From Candidatus Sulfomarinibacteraceae bacterium (GTDB lineage: Bacteria; Acidobacteriota; Thermoanaerobaculia; Thermoanaerobaculales; Sulfomarinibacteraceae): a DNA stretch of 64,000 nucleotides. Both the position numbers and the translations under genes were made by a program. The notes under the pieces are model-generated. The model was not told the DNA's origin and did not search any database. It worked only from the letters and a program-made list of their open reading frames with translations. Where the stretch lies: NCBI GenBank assembly GCA_963796455.1, contig CAWCLO010000004.1, forward strand, positions 96,001-160,000. The letters are read 5' to 3'. Within the stretch, counting starts at the first letter, position 1, and every line of letters begins with the position of its first letter. Below, one piece after another: positions 41,201 to 52,717 of this stretch.

Positions 41201-42519
41201 CAGCGGCGTTCTGAAGGGGGTGGTGGCCGCGTGCGGTGTGTCAGCTGAGGCGGTCCGGGCGGAACTCACGGGTCTTGTTCCTGAGTACATGGTTCCGGCG
41301 GCCCTGGTGGCGAGAGAGGAAATCAAGCTCACACCAAACGCCAAGATCGACAGGGAGTGGGTTCGGGCCACCGTCGATCGGGCAACCCGAGCGGAACCGC
41401 AGGGGGGAGCTGACGGCGACGCCCGTGGGCGTGAAGGGAGCACCGCTGAATTCCTGTTGGAGTTCCTCGCGGAGGAGATTGGACAGCTCGCTGTAGAACC
41501 TGACCAGGATCTTTTCGAGGTCGGACTCGACTCTTTGGCCATCGTGCGCTTGTTGAGTGGTCTGGAGCACCGGATTGGTGTTCGGGTTCCCATGTCGGGC
41601 TTCCTCGAGAACCCTTCGGTCAACGGGCTCGTCAACTTGGTTGGTGAGCACCGCCGCGACCTCCACGTGTCGCCTTCGGATGGCTCAGATGTTCTGACGT
41701 CCTTCGCCGTCTCGAGCACGATGGCGACCGACGCCACCCCGATCATGGTTGTCACACCCCTGGGTTTCGCGACGCCCGAGTTGGCTAGGTGTCTGGACGG
41801 TGTCCGCCGTCCGGTATTCGGTCTCGATCTGCAGATCCAGGACCATTCGGGCAGACCGATAAGATACCGAGATCTTGCCGATCTCGCCTCCCATCTCATT
41901 CAATCGATGAGCCCGATACGCTCGCAAACCCGGCGCTGTCAATTGATCGGCTACTCCTTTGGGGGCCTCGCCGTATGCGAAATGGCGAGGCAGCTCGAGA
42001 GAGATGGTTGGCGGCTCGAACCCATGGTCCTGGTGGACCCCTCTTTTCCAGTACTCGATCTCGATCGATTTCGATCGGATGAACGGGTCCGCGCCTTTGA
42101 GGCCGGCACCTTCGTACAAAGCCTGGACAAACCGGAGAACGAACGCCGGCTCGAACGGCGCCTGGCGGATCTGCGCGACCGGGTGAGAGCTGAGGACCCG
42201 GCTTCGCTGTGCACGGTTGCGGCTGGAGTTGACGCTTGGCGGCGGTCGCTGGGTTCGGCGACTGCCGCACACGCAGCAGCTTGCCTGGTTTCTGCGTGAA
42301 GCGGCGAGAATCGAAAAGACCTCACGGTTGAGGCCCTTCGGTATCAAGGCTCCTGCCGGGGTCATTCTTTCGACCGAGTCATATCGGCGTGATATCGAGC
42401 TGCGGTGGCGCCTGTTGCTCGGAGAGTCGGTCGTCCTCTCGATGATCCCTGGAGACCATGTCAGCATCCTCAGCGAGAGCGACGCCGAGCTGGGACCATT
42501 GCTTCGGTCGATGCTGTAG
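38217..42519 (+). CDS. Single-module NRPS-like enzyme: formyltransferase - C-like linker - A - T - thioesterase; frameshift near 42210
   Basis: Formyltransferase NYHDSLLPDYAG and VDRGP. A domain FTSGSTGEPKG, NSYGPAE, YRTGD, QVKIRGFRVE, NAKIDR. T domain GLDSL. TE GYSFGG, with IPGDH in the shifted frame (ORF 42217..42519). Confidence 0.88.
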
Positions 42520-42637
42520 GGCCTGCGGTCAAAGAGATCTCCCCGTCCGACGCAAAAGGACCGCGACGGCCCTGCAATCAAAGCTCATCACGGTCCCGGT
42601 GGCGTCTTCTTGTGAAACTGCTTGTGAAACCGGCAGG

Positions 42638-43357
42638 TCAGCGTTTGACACCTGTGGTCAGCAGCAGGGTCCGCGGGTCGAGAAGCACGTTCATGGCTTC
42701 ATCCAGGATCTCTTCGCGGTCTTTGGCAACTCGCAGGCGGATCTTTGCATCCTGGGGGTCGAGCCGAAATGCGGTGTCCACCAGATTCTCGAAACGGTCG
42801 GCCGGAGGCGGCAGGTGGCCGTCAGCACCCGGTTTGTCGCGGTGGGTGCGGCACGCCATCCACAACTCGGCGCCGATTTCTCCCGCCATCTTTTTGGCGG
42901 CCTCGATGATGACCGGGTCAAAGCCCTCCATCTCCATCCGGTCGAGGATGATGACGTCGGGCACGAAGTCGGCTGCATCGCGCAACAGGTCGAGGGCGGC
43001 GCTCATGCGTTCCGCAGAGAAGGAACTGCTGACGTAGGTGTGGATATGGCGCCGCTTTTCGAGTTCCAGCTGGATGGCGGCCAGGTGTTCGAGCTTCTTT
43101 TCGCGCCGCAACATCTCCCGCAATAGGTCGTCGTACCAGTCGCGGACTTTTTCCACCGTTCGCTCGAGCGAGATGTGCAATACCTTCTGGCCCGACAGGA
43201 GGGCATCGATGCCGATCCCGACCAGAAATGCGGTTTTGCCGACGCCGGCGCGAGCCATGACCACCGCCAGGTGGCCGGCCCCTGGGCCGGGGTGGCCGTC
43301 ACGCTCGAGCAGCGTGCGGGGGGAACGTCGCAGTTCAAACATCAGATCGGTCATCAC
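42638..43357 (-). CDS. RecA/KaiC-like P-loop ATPase of unknown function
   Basis: Walker [23 protein letters not shown] and C-terminal VAKDR. Start overlaps the fusA stop (ATGA). Confidence 0.8.
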   Translation of the reverse strand: MMTDLMFELRRSPRTLLERDGHPGPGAGHLAVVMARAGVGKTAFLVGIGIDALLSGQKVLHISLERTVEKVRDWYDDLLREMLRREKKLEHLAAIQLELEKRRHIHTYVSSSFSAERMSAALDLLRDAADFVPDVIILDRMEMEGFDPVIIEAAKKMAGEIGAELWMACRTHRDKPGADGHLPPPADRFENLVDTAFRLDPQDAKIRLRVAKDREEILDEAMNVLLDPRTLLLTTGVKR

Positions 43358-45441
43358 TCATCCTCCTCGGCAGACGGGCTCTTGTACTTTTTGAGAAGCT
43401 CTTCGGTGACGTCGGCCGGCGCCGGCGCGTATCTCGCAAACTCCATCGTGAATTCGGCCTTGCCCTCGGTCGCGGAACGCAGATCGGTGGAGTAACCGAA
43501 CATCGCTGCCAGCGGCACCTCGGCGTCAACTCGGGCAAAACCGGCGTCCTCGGTCGAACCGAGCACATTGCCGCGCCGTTGCATCAGCGATTTGTAGATC
43601 GCTCCCTGGAATTCGGTAGGCCCTTCGACCGAGACTTTCATGACCGGTTCGAGAATTCGGGGTTTGGCTTTTTTGTAGGTCTCGCGGAAGGCGGCCCGAG
43701 CGGCCGTCTGGAAGGCCATGTCAGATGAATCCACGGCGTGCGAGGCGCCGTCTGCGAGCACCGCGCGTACCCCAACGATCGGGAACCCGATCAAGCTGCC
43801 CTTCTCAAGGGACAAACGAAAACCCTTATCGCAGGCCGGGATGAACTCGGTCGGGATGCGGCCGCTCCGGATCTCGTTGACGAACTCGTATTCACCTTTG
43901 TCGAGGGGCTCGATATAGCCGACCACTTTGGCGTATTGACCGGAGCCACCGGTCTGCTTCTTGTGCACGTAGTCGAAATCCGCGCGACGCGAGAGAGCTT
44001 CGCGGTATGCAACCTGCGGCGCACCGGTCTCGACCTCGGCCGAGTATTCGCGCCGCATGCGCTCGACATAAACCTCGAGGTGGAGTTCACCCATTCCCGA
44101 GATGATTGTCTCATTGCTCTCGGGATCGAGGGTCACGCGGAAGGTGGGGTCTTCTTTGGTGAAACGGTTGAGCGCCTTGGACATGTTGTCCTGCGCCTTG
44201 GAGTCCACCGGGTTCACCGACAACGAGATCACAGGGTCCGGCACATACATCGAGGTCATTGCCAGCCTGGGTCCGCTGGAAACGAAGGTGTCGCCGGTGT
44301 GGCAGTCGATTCCAAACAGCCCGACGATGTCGCCGGCGGTGGCAGCCGGGATGTCTTCCATTTTGTCGGCGTGCATTCGAACCAGACGGCCGATCTTGGT
44401 CTTCCTGCCGGTTCGAGTCTCGACCACCGAGTCGCCCTTGGCGAGCGTGCCCTGATAGACCCGCAGGAAGGTGAGCTGGCCGTATCGGCCTTCGTCGAGC
44501 TTGAAGGCATAGGCGACGGTCTGAGCCTCGGGGTCCGACTCGAGCGTCACCGGTGAGGCGTCATCGTCGAGATCGACGGCTTCGATCGCCACATCGGTGG
44601 GGCAGGGGAGGAATTGGGTGACCGCGTCCATCAGCTTTTGCACACCCTTGTTTTTGTAGGCCGAGCCCATCAAAACCGGCGTCAGGTCCAGGGACAACGT
44701 TCCAATCCGGATCGCTTCGTGGATCTGCTCCGTTGTGGCGCGATCCTCGAGCGCTGCCTCGAGGAGGTCGTCGGAGAAAAGGCTGACGGCGTCGAGCATA
44801 TCGGCACGCTTGGCCTCGGCCTCGGCCATCATTTCGGCCGGAATCTCCGTTTCCTCGATGATTTCTCCGTTGTCGCCTCGGAAATAGACGGCCTTCATCT
44901 CGATCAGATCGATGACGCCCTCGAAGTCGGCCTCGAGCCCGATAGGCAACTGCAGCAGAACCGAATTGTGCCCGAGCTTGTCGCGAAGCGCTCTGGAGAC
45001 ACGTTCGGGGTTGGCGCCGGACCGATCGCATTTGTTGACGAAGGCGATCCGGGGAACCTTGTAGCGCTTCATCTGGCGGTCGACAGTGATCGACTGGGAC
45101 TGGACTCCAGCCACCGCGCACAACACCAGCACCGCGCCATCGAGCACTCTCAGCGAACGTTCGACCTCGATGGTGAAATCGACGTGGCCGGGCGTGTCGA
45201 TGATGTTGATGTGGTGATCTTTCCACTCGACATAGGTCGATGCGGAGGTGATGGTGATGCCGCGCTCCCGCTCCAACTCCATGTGATCCATGGTCGCGCC
45301 CACGCCGTCTTTTCCTTTGACGTCGTGGATGGTATGGATCTTCTGGGTGTAGAACAGAATCCGCTCCGTCAACGTGGTCTTGCCCGAATCAATGTGGGCC
45401 GAGATCCCGATGTTGCGGATCTTAGAGATGTCGCCGATCAT
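43354..45441 (-). CDS. fusA: Elongation factor G
   Basis: [58 protein letters not shown]. Confidence 0.97.
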   Translation of the reverse strand: MIGDISKIRNIGISAHIDSGKTTLTERILFYTQKIHTIHDVKGKDGVGATMDHMELERERGITITSASTYVEWKDHHINIIDTPGHVDFTIEVERSLRVLDGAVLVLCAVAGVQSQSITVDRQMKRYKVPRIAFVNKCDRSGANPERVSRALRDKLGHNSVLLQLPIGLEADFEGVIDLIEMKAVYFRGDNGEIIEETEIPAEMMAEAEAKRADMLDAVSLFSDDLLEAALEDRATTEQIHEAIRIGTLSLDLTPVLMGSAYKNKGVQKLMDAVTQFLPCPTDVAIEAVDLDDDASPVTLESDPEAQTVAYAFKLDEGRYGQLTFLRVYQGTLAKGDSVVETRTGRKTKIGRLVRMHADKMEDIPAATAGDIVGLFGIDCHTGDTFVSSGPRLAMTSMYVPDPVISLSVNPVDSKAQDNMSKALNRFTKEDPTFRVTLDPESNETIISGMGELHLEVYVERMRREYSAEVETGAPQVAYREALSRRADFDYVHKKQTGGSGQYAKVVGYIEPLDKGEYEFVNEIRSGRIPTEFIPACDKGFRLSLEKGSLIGFPIVGVRAVLADGASHAVDSSDMAFQTAARAAFRETYKKAKPRILEPVMKVSVEGPTEFQGAIYKSLMQRRGNVLGSTEDAGFARVDAEVPLAAMFGYSTDLRSATEGKAEFTMEFARYAPAPADVTEELLKKYKSPSAEEDE

Positions 45442-45587
45442 GGTGTCCTCGCTTACAGTCGCGTCGTTTCATTGTTCGGTTCCCCCCGCCGTTGGCCGGG
45501 GCGTGTTGCCACTTTTTATCGATGTGGGGATTCTATCGTGCTCACCGGATCTGGGCACACTCCACCCAACCGTCGAGCCAGCGCTGC

Positions 45588-45616
45588 ATGATAGAACTCA
45601 GCCAATTCTTTGTCAA
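45588..45616 (-). promoter_or_regulatory. Sigma70-type promoter for fusA
   Basis: Minus strand TTGACA-17 bp-TATCAT, about 150 bp upstream of the fusA start. Confidence 0.75.
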
Positions 45617-45652
45617 TTCCGCCAATTAAGACATGTTGGTGTCGTGGGCCGC

Positions 45653-45683
45653 AAAAAGGCCGCCGGGAGTTAGCCCGGCGGCC
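45653..45683 (-). terminator. Rho-independent terminator
   Basis: Minus strand GGCCGCCGGG-ctaact-CCCGGCGGCC followed by TTTTT. Confidence 0.85.
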
Positions 45684-45910
45684 GGGTGCCCCGCTGCCCG
45701 GATGGAGGGCGATCCACGGGGAGGGGGCACTGGCGCCCCTGTTCAGCTGTGGTCCTCGTTGTCGGTACCGACCTGGCGTCGTCCGCGTGCCTCCGGAAAA
45801 AACCGGAGCATCGAGGTGGTTATTCGTTTTTCGACATCCGCCATCGCGGATGATCTGTTGATTCACCCCTTCGGAACCGGATGGCCCTGTTGTTGGTGAA
45901 TCTCCTCGAC
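45653..45910 (-). ncRNA. Candidate structured non-coding RNA, family not recognised
   Basis: Many nested stems, its own terminator, a putative promoter TTGCGC-17-CACATT (45913-45941), and no convincing ORF. Confidence 0.45.
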
Positions 45911-46624
45911 ACAATGTGAGGTGCATTGAAACGCCGCGCAATCGCTCAAATGAATGGTTTTTCTAATGCAATTGAGGGAGGGGACTAGTCCAAATAGGTG
46001 AGGCGTGGAGTTTCGGCGGTTGAGGGTTTTGTCTGCCAGGTGGTCAAGGGTCGCGATGATGATCGATCGGCCGGAGGCGGCCAAGTGTTGATCGATCTCG
46101 GAAATCCGGGTCTAAATACCGAAAAATCATCAAGTTGGATGAGAAAAACCATCCGTTTGACGGATTGCAGCGAAGGATCTGAAGGCGATAGATTGTTAGT
46201 GAGTCGAATTATGAACCACCTAGTACCTTTCACGGCACTCAGTCGAATCCCCGGTTCGCCGGGGATGGCGACTGATTCGTTCAGAAAGAGAACATACTGT
46301 GGTTTGTCGGCAACGGTTCAATCGGCAGCTGGTCACTGGGGTCGATCGGATGTGACTATTCTCGCTGAATGCCGGTCATATCCGTGGTACGATTGGCGGT
46401 CCTCAGGAGGCCCGAGTCAGAGCATGTTGAACGAATACGGATTTGCCATCGGCCGAGCGGCCATTGGACGCCGGATTCGGGGTCAGAGGTGAGACGGTGA
46501 CGAACACGATAGTAACCAGAAGCAGGGCCCGGCGGAGTTGTTCTTCACACCAACCCCGCAGCGCGGTGGAATCCTGCCAAACAGTGCCATCTGCAGGTAC
46601 AAATGGACCGCAAAGGAGCAGCCA

Positions 46625-47347
46625 ATGAGGAATATTTCGCTGCAATCAGAGTTTCGGACAGCGACGATCATGTGCTGTGTGTTCGTATTGTGCATTTGCG
46701 CGGCGGGCAGTTCCGCTTTCGCTGACACACCGGACGGCTATGTAACGGCCGAAGATCTGCCTCCGATCTACACCGGCCTTTACCGCATCCAGGTGGGTGA
46801 TGTGCTCGATGTCAACTTTTTCAAGACGACCCAGCTCAACCAGACGCTTACGGTCGGACCGGATGGGGATCTGTACCTGCCGCTGGTCGGGCGGATCCGA
46901 GTTGCAGGGCGCACGGTGGACGAGATCACCGACGAGTTGACCGAGGGTTTCAGCGCCGAGATGGTGGACCCGCAGATCACGGTGAGCGTGGCAGAGTTTT
47001 CCGGTCTCTTCGTGCACGTGGCGGGCGAGGTCAAGAGACCCGGATTGCAGCCCTATTCGGGCCAACTCACGGCGGTGCAGGCCATCATGGATGCCGGCGG
47101 CTTTGAAGACCGCGGACGCAAGAAGTCCGTGCTTTTGATCCGCCGGGACAAGGACGGCAAGGGAGTCGGCACCATCATCGATGTTGCGGCGGTCCTGAAA
47201 GACGGCCAGTTCCAGGGTGATGTGGCCCTCGCGCCCTCCGATATCATCTACGTGCCGCTGAAGACGATCTCGAAGGTCAGTCTCACGATCCAGGAGTACT
47301 TCACAAACAACCTGCCCTTCACGCTGTATCTCGGATACAGCCCTTGA
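46625..47347 (+). CDS. Polysaccharide export protein (Wza/OPX family)
   Basis: YRIQVGDVLDV, VGPDGDLYLPLVGRI, VAGEVKRPG, AIMDAGG; AAGGAG RBS. Confidence 0.92.
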   Translation: MRNISLQSEFRTATIMCCVFVLCICAAGSSAFADTPDGYVTAEDLPPIYTGLYRIQVGDVLDVNFFKTTQLNQTLTVGPDGDLYLPLVGRIRVAGRTVDEITDELTEGFSAEMVDPQITVSVAEFSGLFVHVAGEVKRPGLQPYSGQLTAVQAIMDAGGFEDRGRKKSVLLIRRDKDGKGVGTIIDVAAVLKDGQFQGDVALAPSDIIYVPLKTISKVSLTIQEYFTNNLPFTLYLGYSP

Positions 47348-47356
47348 GGAAAGAAG

Positions 47357-48905
47357 ATGGTTGAGAGCCAGGGCTACGGGAGCGATGGATTCGGAGGGCA
47401 GATCTCACTGCGCGACCTCCTGACCATCGTTTTCAAACGTCGCAATCTGATTCTGTCTTTTGCTCTGATCGTTTTCGTGGTGGTCACCCTGGTCACGATG
47501 TTGGCCAAGCCGACCTATCGGATCAACGCGACCCTGCTGGTCAACAAGGCGCGGGCGGAGGTGCCTATCGCCGCCTCCGAATCAACACAGTTGATCATCA
47601 GTCAGGTCTCGGAGCAGGACCTCAATTCGGAAATCGAGATCCTGCGAAGCCGGAGTTTGTTGGAAGAAGCGCTGCAGAGGCTGGATACGAGTAGAGAAAT
47701 CAAGATCGAGACGGATTGGCTGAGCCGGGCGAAGCAACCGGTGAAAAAGCTCTTGGGTCGGCCCGAGCTTTCCAATTTCGACAATCTGGTCCTGCATCTT
47801 CAGGGGCACCTTTCCATCAGCCCGGTACGAAAGACCAACGTTATTTCCATCGACTATGAGTCGGATGATCCGGTCTGGGCGCACGCGATCGTTGAATCTC
47901 TCACCGAGTGCTATCTCGCAGAAACGTGCCGAGATGTATCGGTCACCGCAGACCGTCAATTTCTTTGCGGAGCAGATGACCTCAGCGGAAAAACGCCTCG
48001 ACGAACATGAAGCAAAGCTCGAACAATTCGTCGATGATGCCTCGATCACAATGGTCAAGGGGCCTCAAGGCTCCGATTCGCTGGGTTCACAGAAGGCCCT
48101 GGTCATGCAGCGCCTGTCGCAACCTCGAAAGCGACCTCGGAGATGCTGAGGCCCAGTTCCAGTCCCAACAGCAGGAAGTGGCGAGCCTCACCTCTCGCCT
48201 GACGCAAGAACCGGAGCGCCTGGAGAGTTCGAACCGGATGAATCAGGACGCCGCGACTGAAGAGATCGAGCGGGCCCTTGCAACCCTGAGACTCGAACGC
48301 GATCGCCTCTTGCAGGATTTCAAACCCGACAGCCGCTTTGTCCGTGACGTCGAAACACAAATCCAGTTGGCCGAGAGCCGGCTCGAAGAGGTTCGTCAAG
48401 AGGTTGGCGTCGAAGGAACCGAATCCAACCCGATCTACATGCAACTCAAAAGCGATCTCATGCGGGCCGAAGCGAACCTCGAGGGAACGCGGGCGCGGAT
48501 CACCTCGCTGCGATCGCAGGTTTTTTCTTATCGTCGCACCCTGGAAAACCTCAACGATCATGGATTCGAGGTCGAAAACCTGCGCCGGGAGGTTCAGGCC
48601 GCCGAGGAAGACTATCTGTTGTTCGAAAGAAACACGAGGAGGCGAGGATCTCCGCCGCGATGGATCAGGAGAGGTTCATCAACGTGACGGTGGCCCAACC
48701 GGCGCAGATGCCGCTGCGTCCGGTGTCCCGGGGCTTGTTGACGAAGATGGTACTGGCCTCATCGTCGGCGTGGTCGGCGGGCTCGGTATCGCCTTTGCGC
48801 TCGAGCAGTATATCGACCGTTCATTCACAACCGCGAAGATATCGAGCGGCGACTCGGGTGTTCCACACCTGGCGTCGATTCCCGACGACGTTCGGAATGG
48901 GTGGC
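47357..48905 (+). CDS. Polysaccharide co-polymerase (GumC/Wzc N-terminal type), multiply frameshifted
   Basis: ISLRDLLTIVFKRR, NSEIEILRSRSL, coiled coil, NVTVAQPA, C-terminal TM and PHLASIP spread over ORFs 47357, 47856, 48007, 48660 and 48338. End approximate. Confidence 0.82.
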
Positions 48906-48910
48906 GGCAG

Positions 48911-49870
48911 ATGTACGAGAGTTTTTCGGTTTGAAGCGCAACCCATTCGGCATGACGCCGGATCCGGATTGTTATTTCCAGAGCGAGACCCACAAAGAGG
49001 CTTTTGCCGGTCTGACGTACGGCATCGCCCAGCGGCGCGGTTTCATGACCCTGGTTGGCGAAGTCGGGACCGGCAAGACCACCCTGCTCAATGCGATCCT
49101 CAGTTCGCTCGATGACTCGACGGTGACATCCTGGTCCGCCACACGACGGTTGATCGCGAAGAACTGCTGAGGATCATCCTTCACAACCTCTACACCTGCC
49201 AGGGGCCCCGCGAGACGGACAACCGCCGCAAACGAGACATGGGCAGCATTACCGACTCCCGGATTGCCGGGCTGTCGCGGGTCGAGTTGATCAACGAGTT
49301 CTATGCCTTCGTCACCGGCGAGTTCCTGGCCGATCAACCGCCGCCGCTGCTGATCATCGATGAGGCCCAGAATCTGTCCGTCGATGTGCTCGAAGAGGTG
49401 CGGCTGCTGACCAACCTCGAAGATCCCAAGAGCAAGATGCTGCAGGTGATCTTGGCCGGCCAACCTGAACTCGAGGAAAAGCTCATGCGGTCCGATCTCC
49501 GCCAACTGCGCCAGCGGATTGCGGTGAGCGCCCGGCTCGAAGCCCTGTCCCTCGCCGACACCGCGACTACATCGCGTTTCGCCTCGAGCGAGCTGGCTGC
49601 ACGAGCCCGAGGGTCTTTTCACGCGGGCCGCGGTGGAGGCCATCTGGACGGCTTCGAAAGGATCGCCCCGCACCATCAACGTCCTGTGCGATCACGCGCT
49701 GGTCAACGCGTTTGCGATGGGGCGTCGTGAGGTCGAGGGAATGGCGGCGCGTGAGGCGATCCAGGATGTTTTGTTCCTGCAGCTGAGAGGAGTCATCGGT
49801 CCGCAAACCAGGGCCCTACCTCGTGACCCACCTCGAGGAACGAGACGACGGTCACTCACGACGAAGATCC
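48911..49870 (+). CDS. ExeA-like AAA ATPase in polysaccharide locus, frameshifted
   Basis: MYE-FFGLKRNPFGMTPDP, GEVGTGKT, IIDEAQ, GQPEL, LRQRI and GSPRTINVLCD across several frames. End approximate. Confidence 0.85.
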
Positions 49871-49905
49871 GGAGACCGTCGGTGGCGGCGAGAGGAGGGA
49901 TCGCG

Positions 49906-50915
49906 TTGGGTAAGTTCTTTGATGCCATGCAGCGCGCCGCAGGGGTGCGACCCGAAGAAACACCCGCAGACGGCTGCAGAAACCGAATGCCGCTGCCGGA
50001 GCTCGAGATCCGCTGTTGGATCCGGAGTGGTCCGAGCCGGCGAACCCTTCCCTCGAAGCCGTCGAAACGAAGCATCTCCAGCCGACCCGGCATCTGTCTG
50101 CAGAAGAGATCATGCGTCGAAGCTCACGAAGCCAAACATCCGAATCGTGCCGCCGGTGCAAACTCAGGAGGCTGCCCACGAGATCCCGCGCGCCGAGAAG
50201 ACCGATGGCCCCGTCCAAGGTCGGAGATCGAAAAGCGCCAGAGCTCGGTCTGACGAACCGGTCATATTGCGCCGCTCGAGTGGAACCGGCGTCTATCGTC
50301 GCCCGTCCACCCCGCCTACGAGAGGATCGTTCAGCGCCTCAAGACGTATCGAAGATCCCCGCGTCAGGGCGTCATCTCTTCGCGAGTGCGGTTGCCGGCG
50401 AGGGACGAGCACGGTGGCGCGAAACATTGCCGACGGCCCTCAGCCAGGCCGGCACCGAGCGGATTCTGCTGATTGACGGCAATCTCAGAACCCACCAGCA
50501 CAGAGCATTCGGAGTCGAACGCGATGGCGGTTTCAGTGACGTGCTCAGGATGGGCGCCTCCTCACCTCCGTCATCACCGACGACGTGGGCTCGGGGACTT
50601 CATTCATGACTGCGGGTCGCGGGTCAAGAGCCCGTCGCAGGTCTTGACTGCCTCGGCCATCGAGGGTGCGATGTGTCGCTTGCTGTCGCTGTACGACTGG
50701 ATCATCATCGACGGTCCGCCCGCCACGTCGTACCCGGATGTGCGAGCATCGGACCGCCTGCGGCGGGGCCATCCTGGTCGTTCAGGCGGAAAGCACGAGG
50801 TCCGAGGTGGCGGAAGAAGCCAAGGAAATCTCGAGGGCACGGGCGACGAGTGCTCGGCGCGGTGCTGAATCGCCGACGATATCACATTCCCCAATCCATT
50901 TACAAGAGGCTGTAG
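49906..50915 (+). CDS. CpsD/CapB-type tyrosine kinase, frameshifted
   Basis: GGAGG then TTG (GKFFDAM); LFASAVAGEG, ILLIDGNLR, YDWIIIDGPP, ILVVQA, LGAVLNRRRYHIP in shifting frames. Confidence 0.8.
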
Positions 50916-50974
50916 GAGGGAGATCGGGAGCGCGATTGTACATTTTGAGGGCGGTGAAAGAACAGACTCGGTCG

Positions 50975-52420
50975 ATGCACGAGCTGAGACGACGAATTCT
51001 GTTGAATCTCATCCGCGTCACGGATCTGGTCGTGATGGCGGCTGCCTTTGGCGTGGCCTTTTTGATTGCCGGTCAATCTCTGCGGTGCGGGCAGTCTGAG
51101 CGAGTTCTTTGCGGTCAGAATCAAGCTCCTGAATATCGCTGTTCTTCGTTGGCTGGCTGGTTGTGTGGCACATCATCCTGAAGTCGTTCGGCCTGTACCG
51201 GACGCGACGGCCGGTGTCATGGCGGCAGAGTGGTGGGCGGTCACGAAGGCCGTGGCGGTCGGGACGCTGCTGCTCTCGTTTGTCGGGATGATCTTCCGAT
51301 TTTCGGTGGTCACGCCCGCTGTTCCTGATCAGCTTTCTTCTTTCTGTGCTCTCTTGGGACGATCATCGCCAGGTTCTGTCCTCCGGTCGTTTTTCACCGA
51401 GACAAGAAGGAACGGAGGGACCCTCGCGAAGGCTCGTGATCGTCGGCTGCGGGCCCCGCGGGGCCGAGTTCGGCAAAAGAGTCCGCAACCGGCCCGATTT
51501 CGGCTATCTGCTTGCTTGGCTACATCGACGATATGCCGCCGCCGGAGAACCCCCTCCACGGCGGCCCCGAAAAGATCCTCGGCCCCCTCGATCGCATGCG
51601 GGAGATCCTGGAGACGCACGAGGTGGACGAGGTCGTCATCACCCTGCCGATCGCCTCTCACTACCAGACGATCTCGAACGTCATCTCGGCGTGTGAAGAG
51701 CTGGCGGTCGACGTCCTCATGCCCACCGATTTCTTCCAGTCGCGGCTGGTCAACGTGGCGGTTGACGACTCGAGAGCGTGGCCCGCGATGGAGCTTCGCA
51801 GCCGCATGCCGTCGGCCGGCGGTGTCATTTTGAAACGCGCACTCGACTTCTTCGTGTCACTCATCGCGTTGATCGTGTTGAGCCCGCTGCTGGTGCTCAT
51901 CGCCATCGCAATCAAGCTCGACTCGCGCGGTCCCGTGTTCTTCCGCCAGGATCGCGTCGGGCTCAAGCGCAAGATATTCAAGATGCACAAGTTCCGCACC
52001 ATGCACCCGGATGCCGAGGAGCGCATCAAAGAACTCGAGGCCCTCAACGAGGTCGACGGCGCCGCCTTCAAGATGACCAACGACCCCAGGGTCACCCGGG
52101 TCGGCAGGACGCTCAGAAAACTGAGCCTCGACGAGCTGCCGCAGTTCATCGACGTCCTCAACGGCAACATGAGCCTCGTCGGGCCCCGCCCGCTGCCCAT
52201 CCGCGACGTCGAACGATTCGACCAGAACTGGCAAAAGCGCCGCTTCAGCGTCAAACCGGGCCTCACCTGCCTGTGGCAGGTCAACGGCCGCCACGAGGTC
52301 GATTTCGAAAACTGGATGGAGCTCGATCTCGAGTACATCGACAACTGGTCACTGTCGCTGGATTTCGACATCCTCCTGAAGACCGTGCCCGCGGTGTTCA
52401 AGGGAACTGGGGCGAGTTGA
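50975..52420 (+). CDS. Priming sugar transferase (polyprenyl glycosylphosphotransferase); 5' half frameshifted
   Basis: KFRTM, DPRVTRVG, SLDELPQ, MSLVGPRP, KPGLTCLWQV, DLEYIDNWS; N-terminal TM region fragmented. Confidence 0.92.
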
Positions 52421-52717
52421 TTGTGGAATAGTCTAACGCCCGAGTAGTCAATCTTTACAGTGAAATCTCCATGGCCATCAGAATTTGGTCTGACAGTATT
52501 GCAAGGTGGGATGTTCGTCTAAACCGATGCCAGCCAATACCAACGGTTAAACCGAATTGTGACGACGCCTAGGTTTTTTCGCCGATCGCGAGTTGTGAGT
52601 CGTGTCTCCTCCACCGTTATATCGGAACGATTCTGCCACCGAATAAACACCTTGGTGGTCTTGATGACACTTGGCCCGAGTAGGCGGACGCGGGAGATTC
52701 TTCGAGTGAGATTGGCA

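Noticed and set aside
42297..42299. TGA readthrough or selenocysteine at the NRPS end
   Set aside because: The missing TE part containing GDH is in a different frame, so an indel near 42210 explains it.
38217..45441. EF-G as a self-resistance gene for the NRPS product
   Set aside because: The genes are convergent and separately transcribed, and stand-alone EF-G of this type is common without biosynthetic genes. Only proximity supports the idea.
45653..45910. Identification as tmRNA, RNase P, SRP or 6S RNA
   Set aside because: No tRNA-like ends or tag ORF, no GAGGAAAGTCC, no SRP GGAA-loop motif, and the fold is multi-branched rather than one long rod. Rfam is still needed.
45950..46620. JUMPStart/ops element or a gene upstream of wza
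   Set aside because: No GGCGGTAG motif was seen and ORF 45998..46492 has no recognisable features. It is probably a regulatory region.
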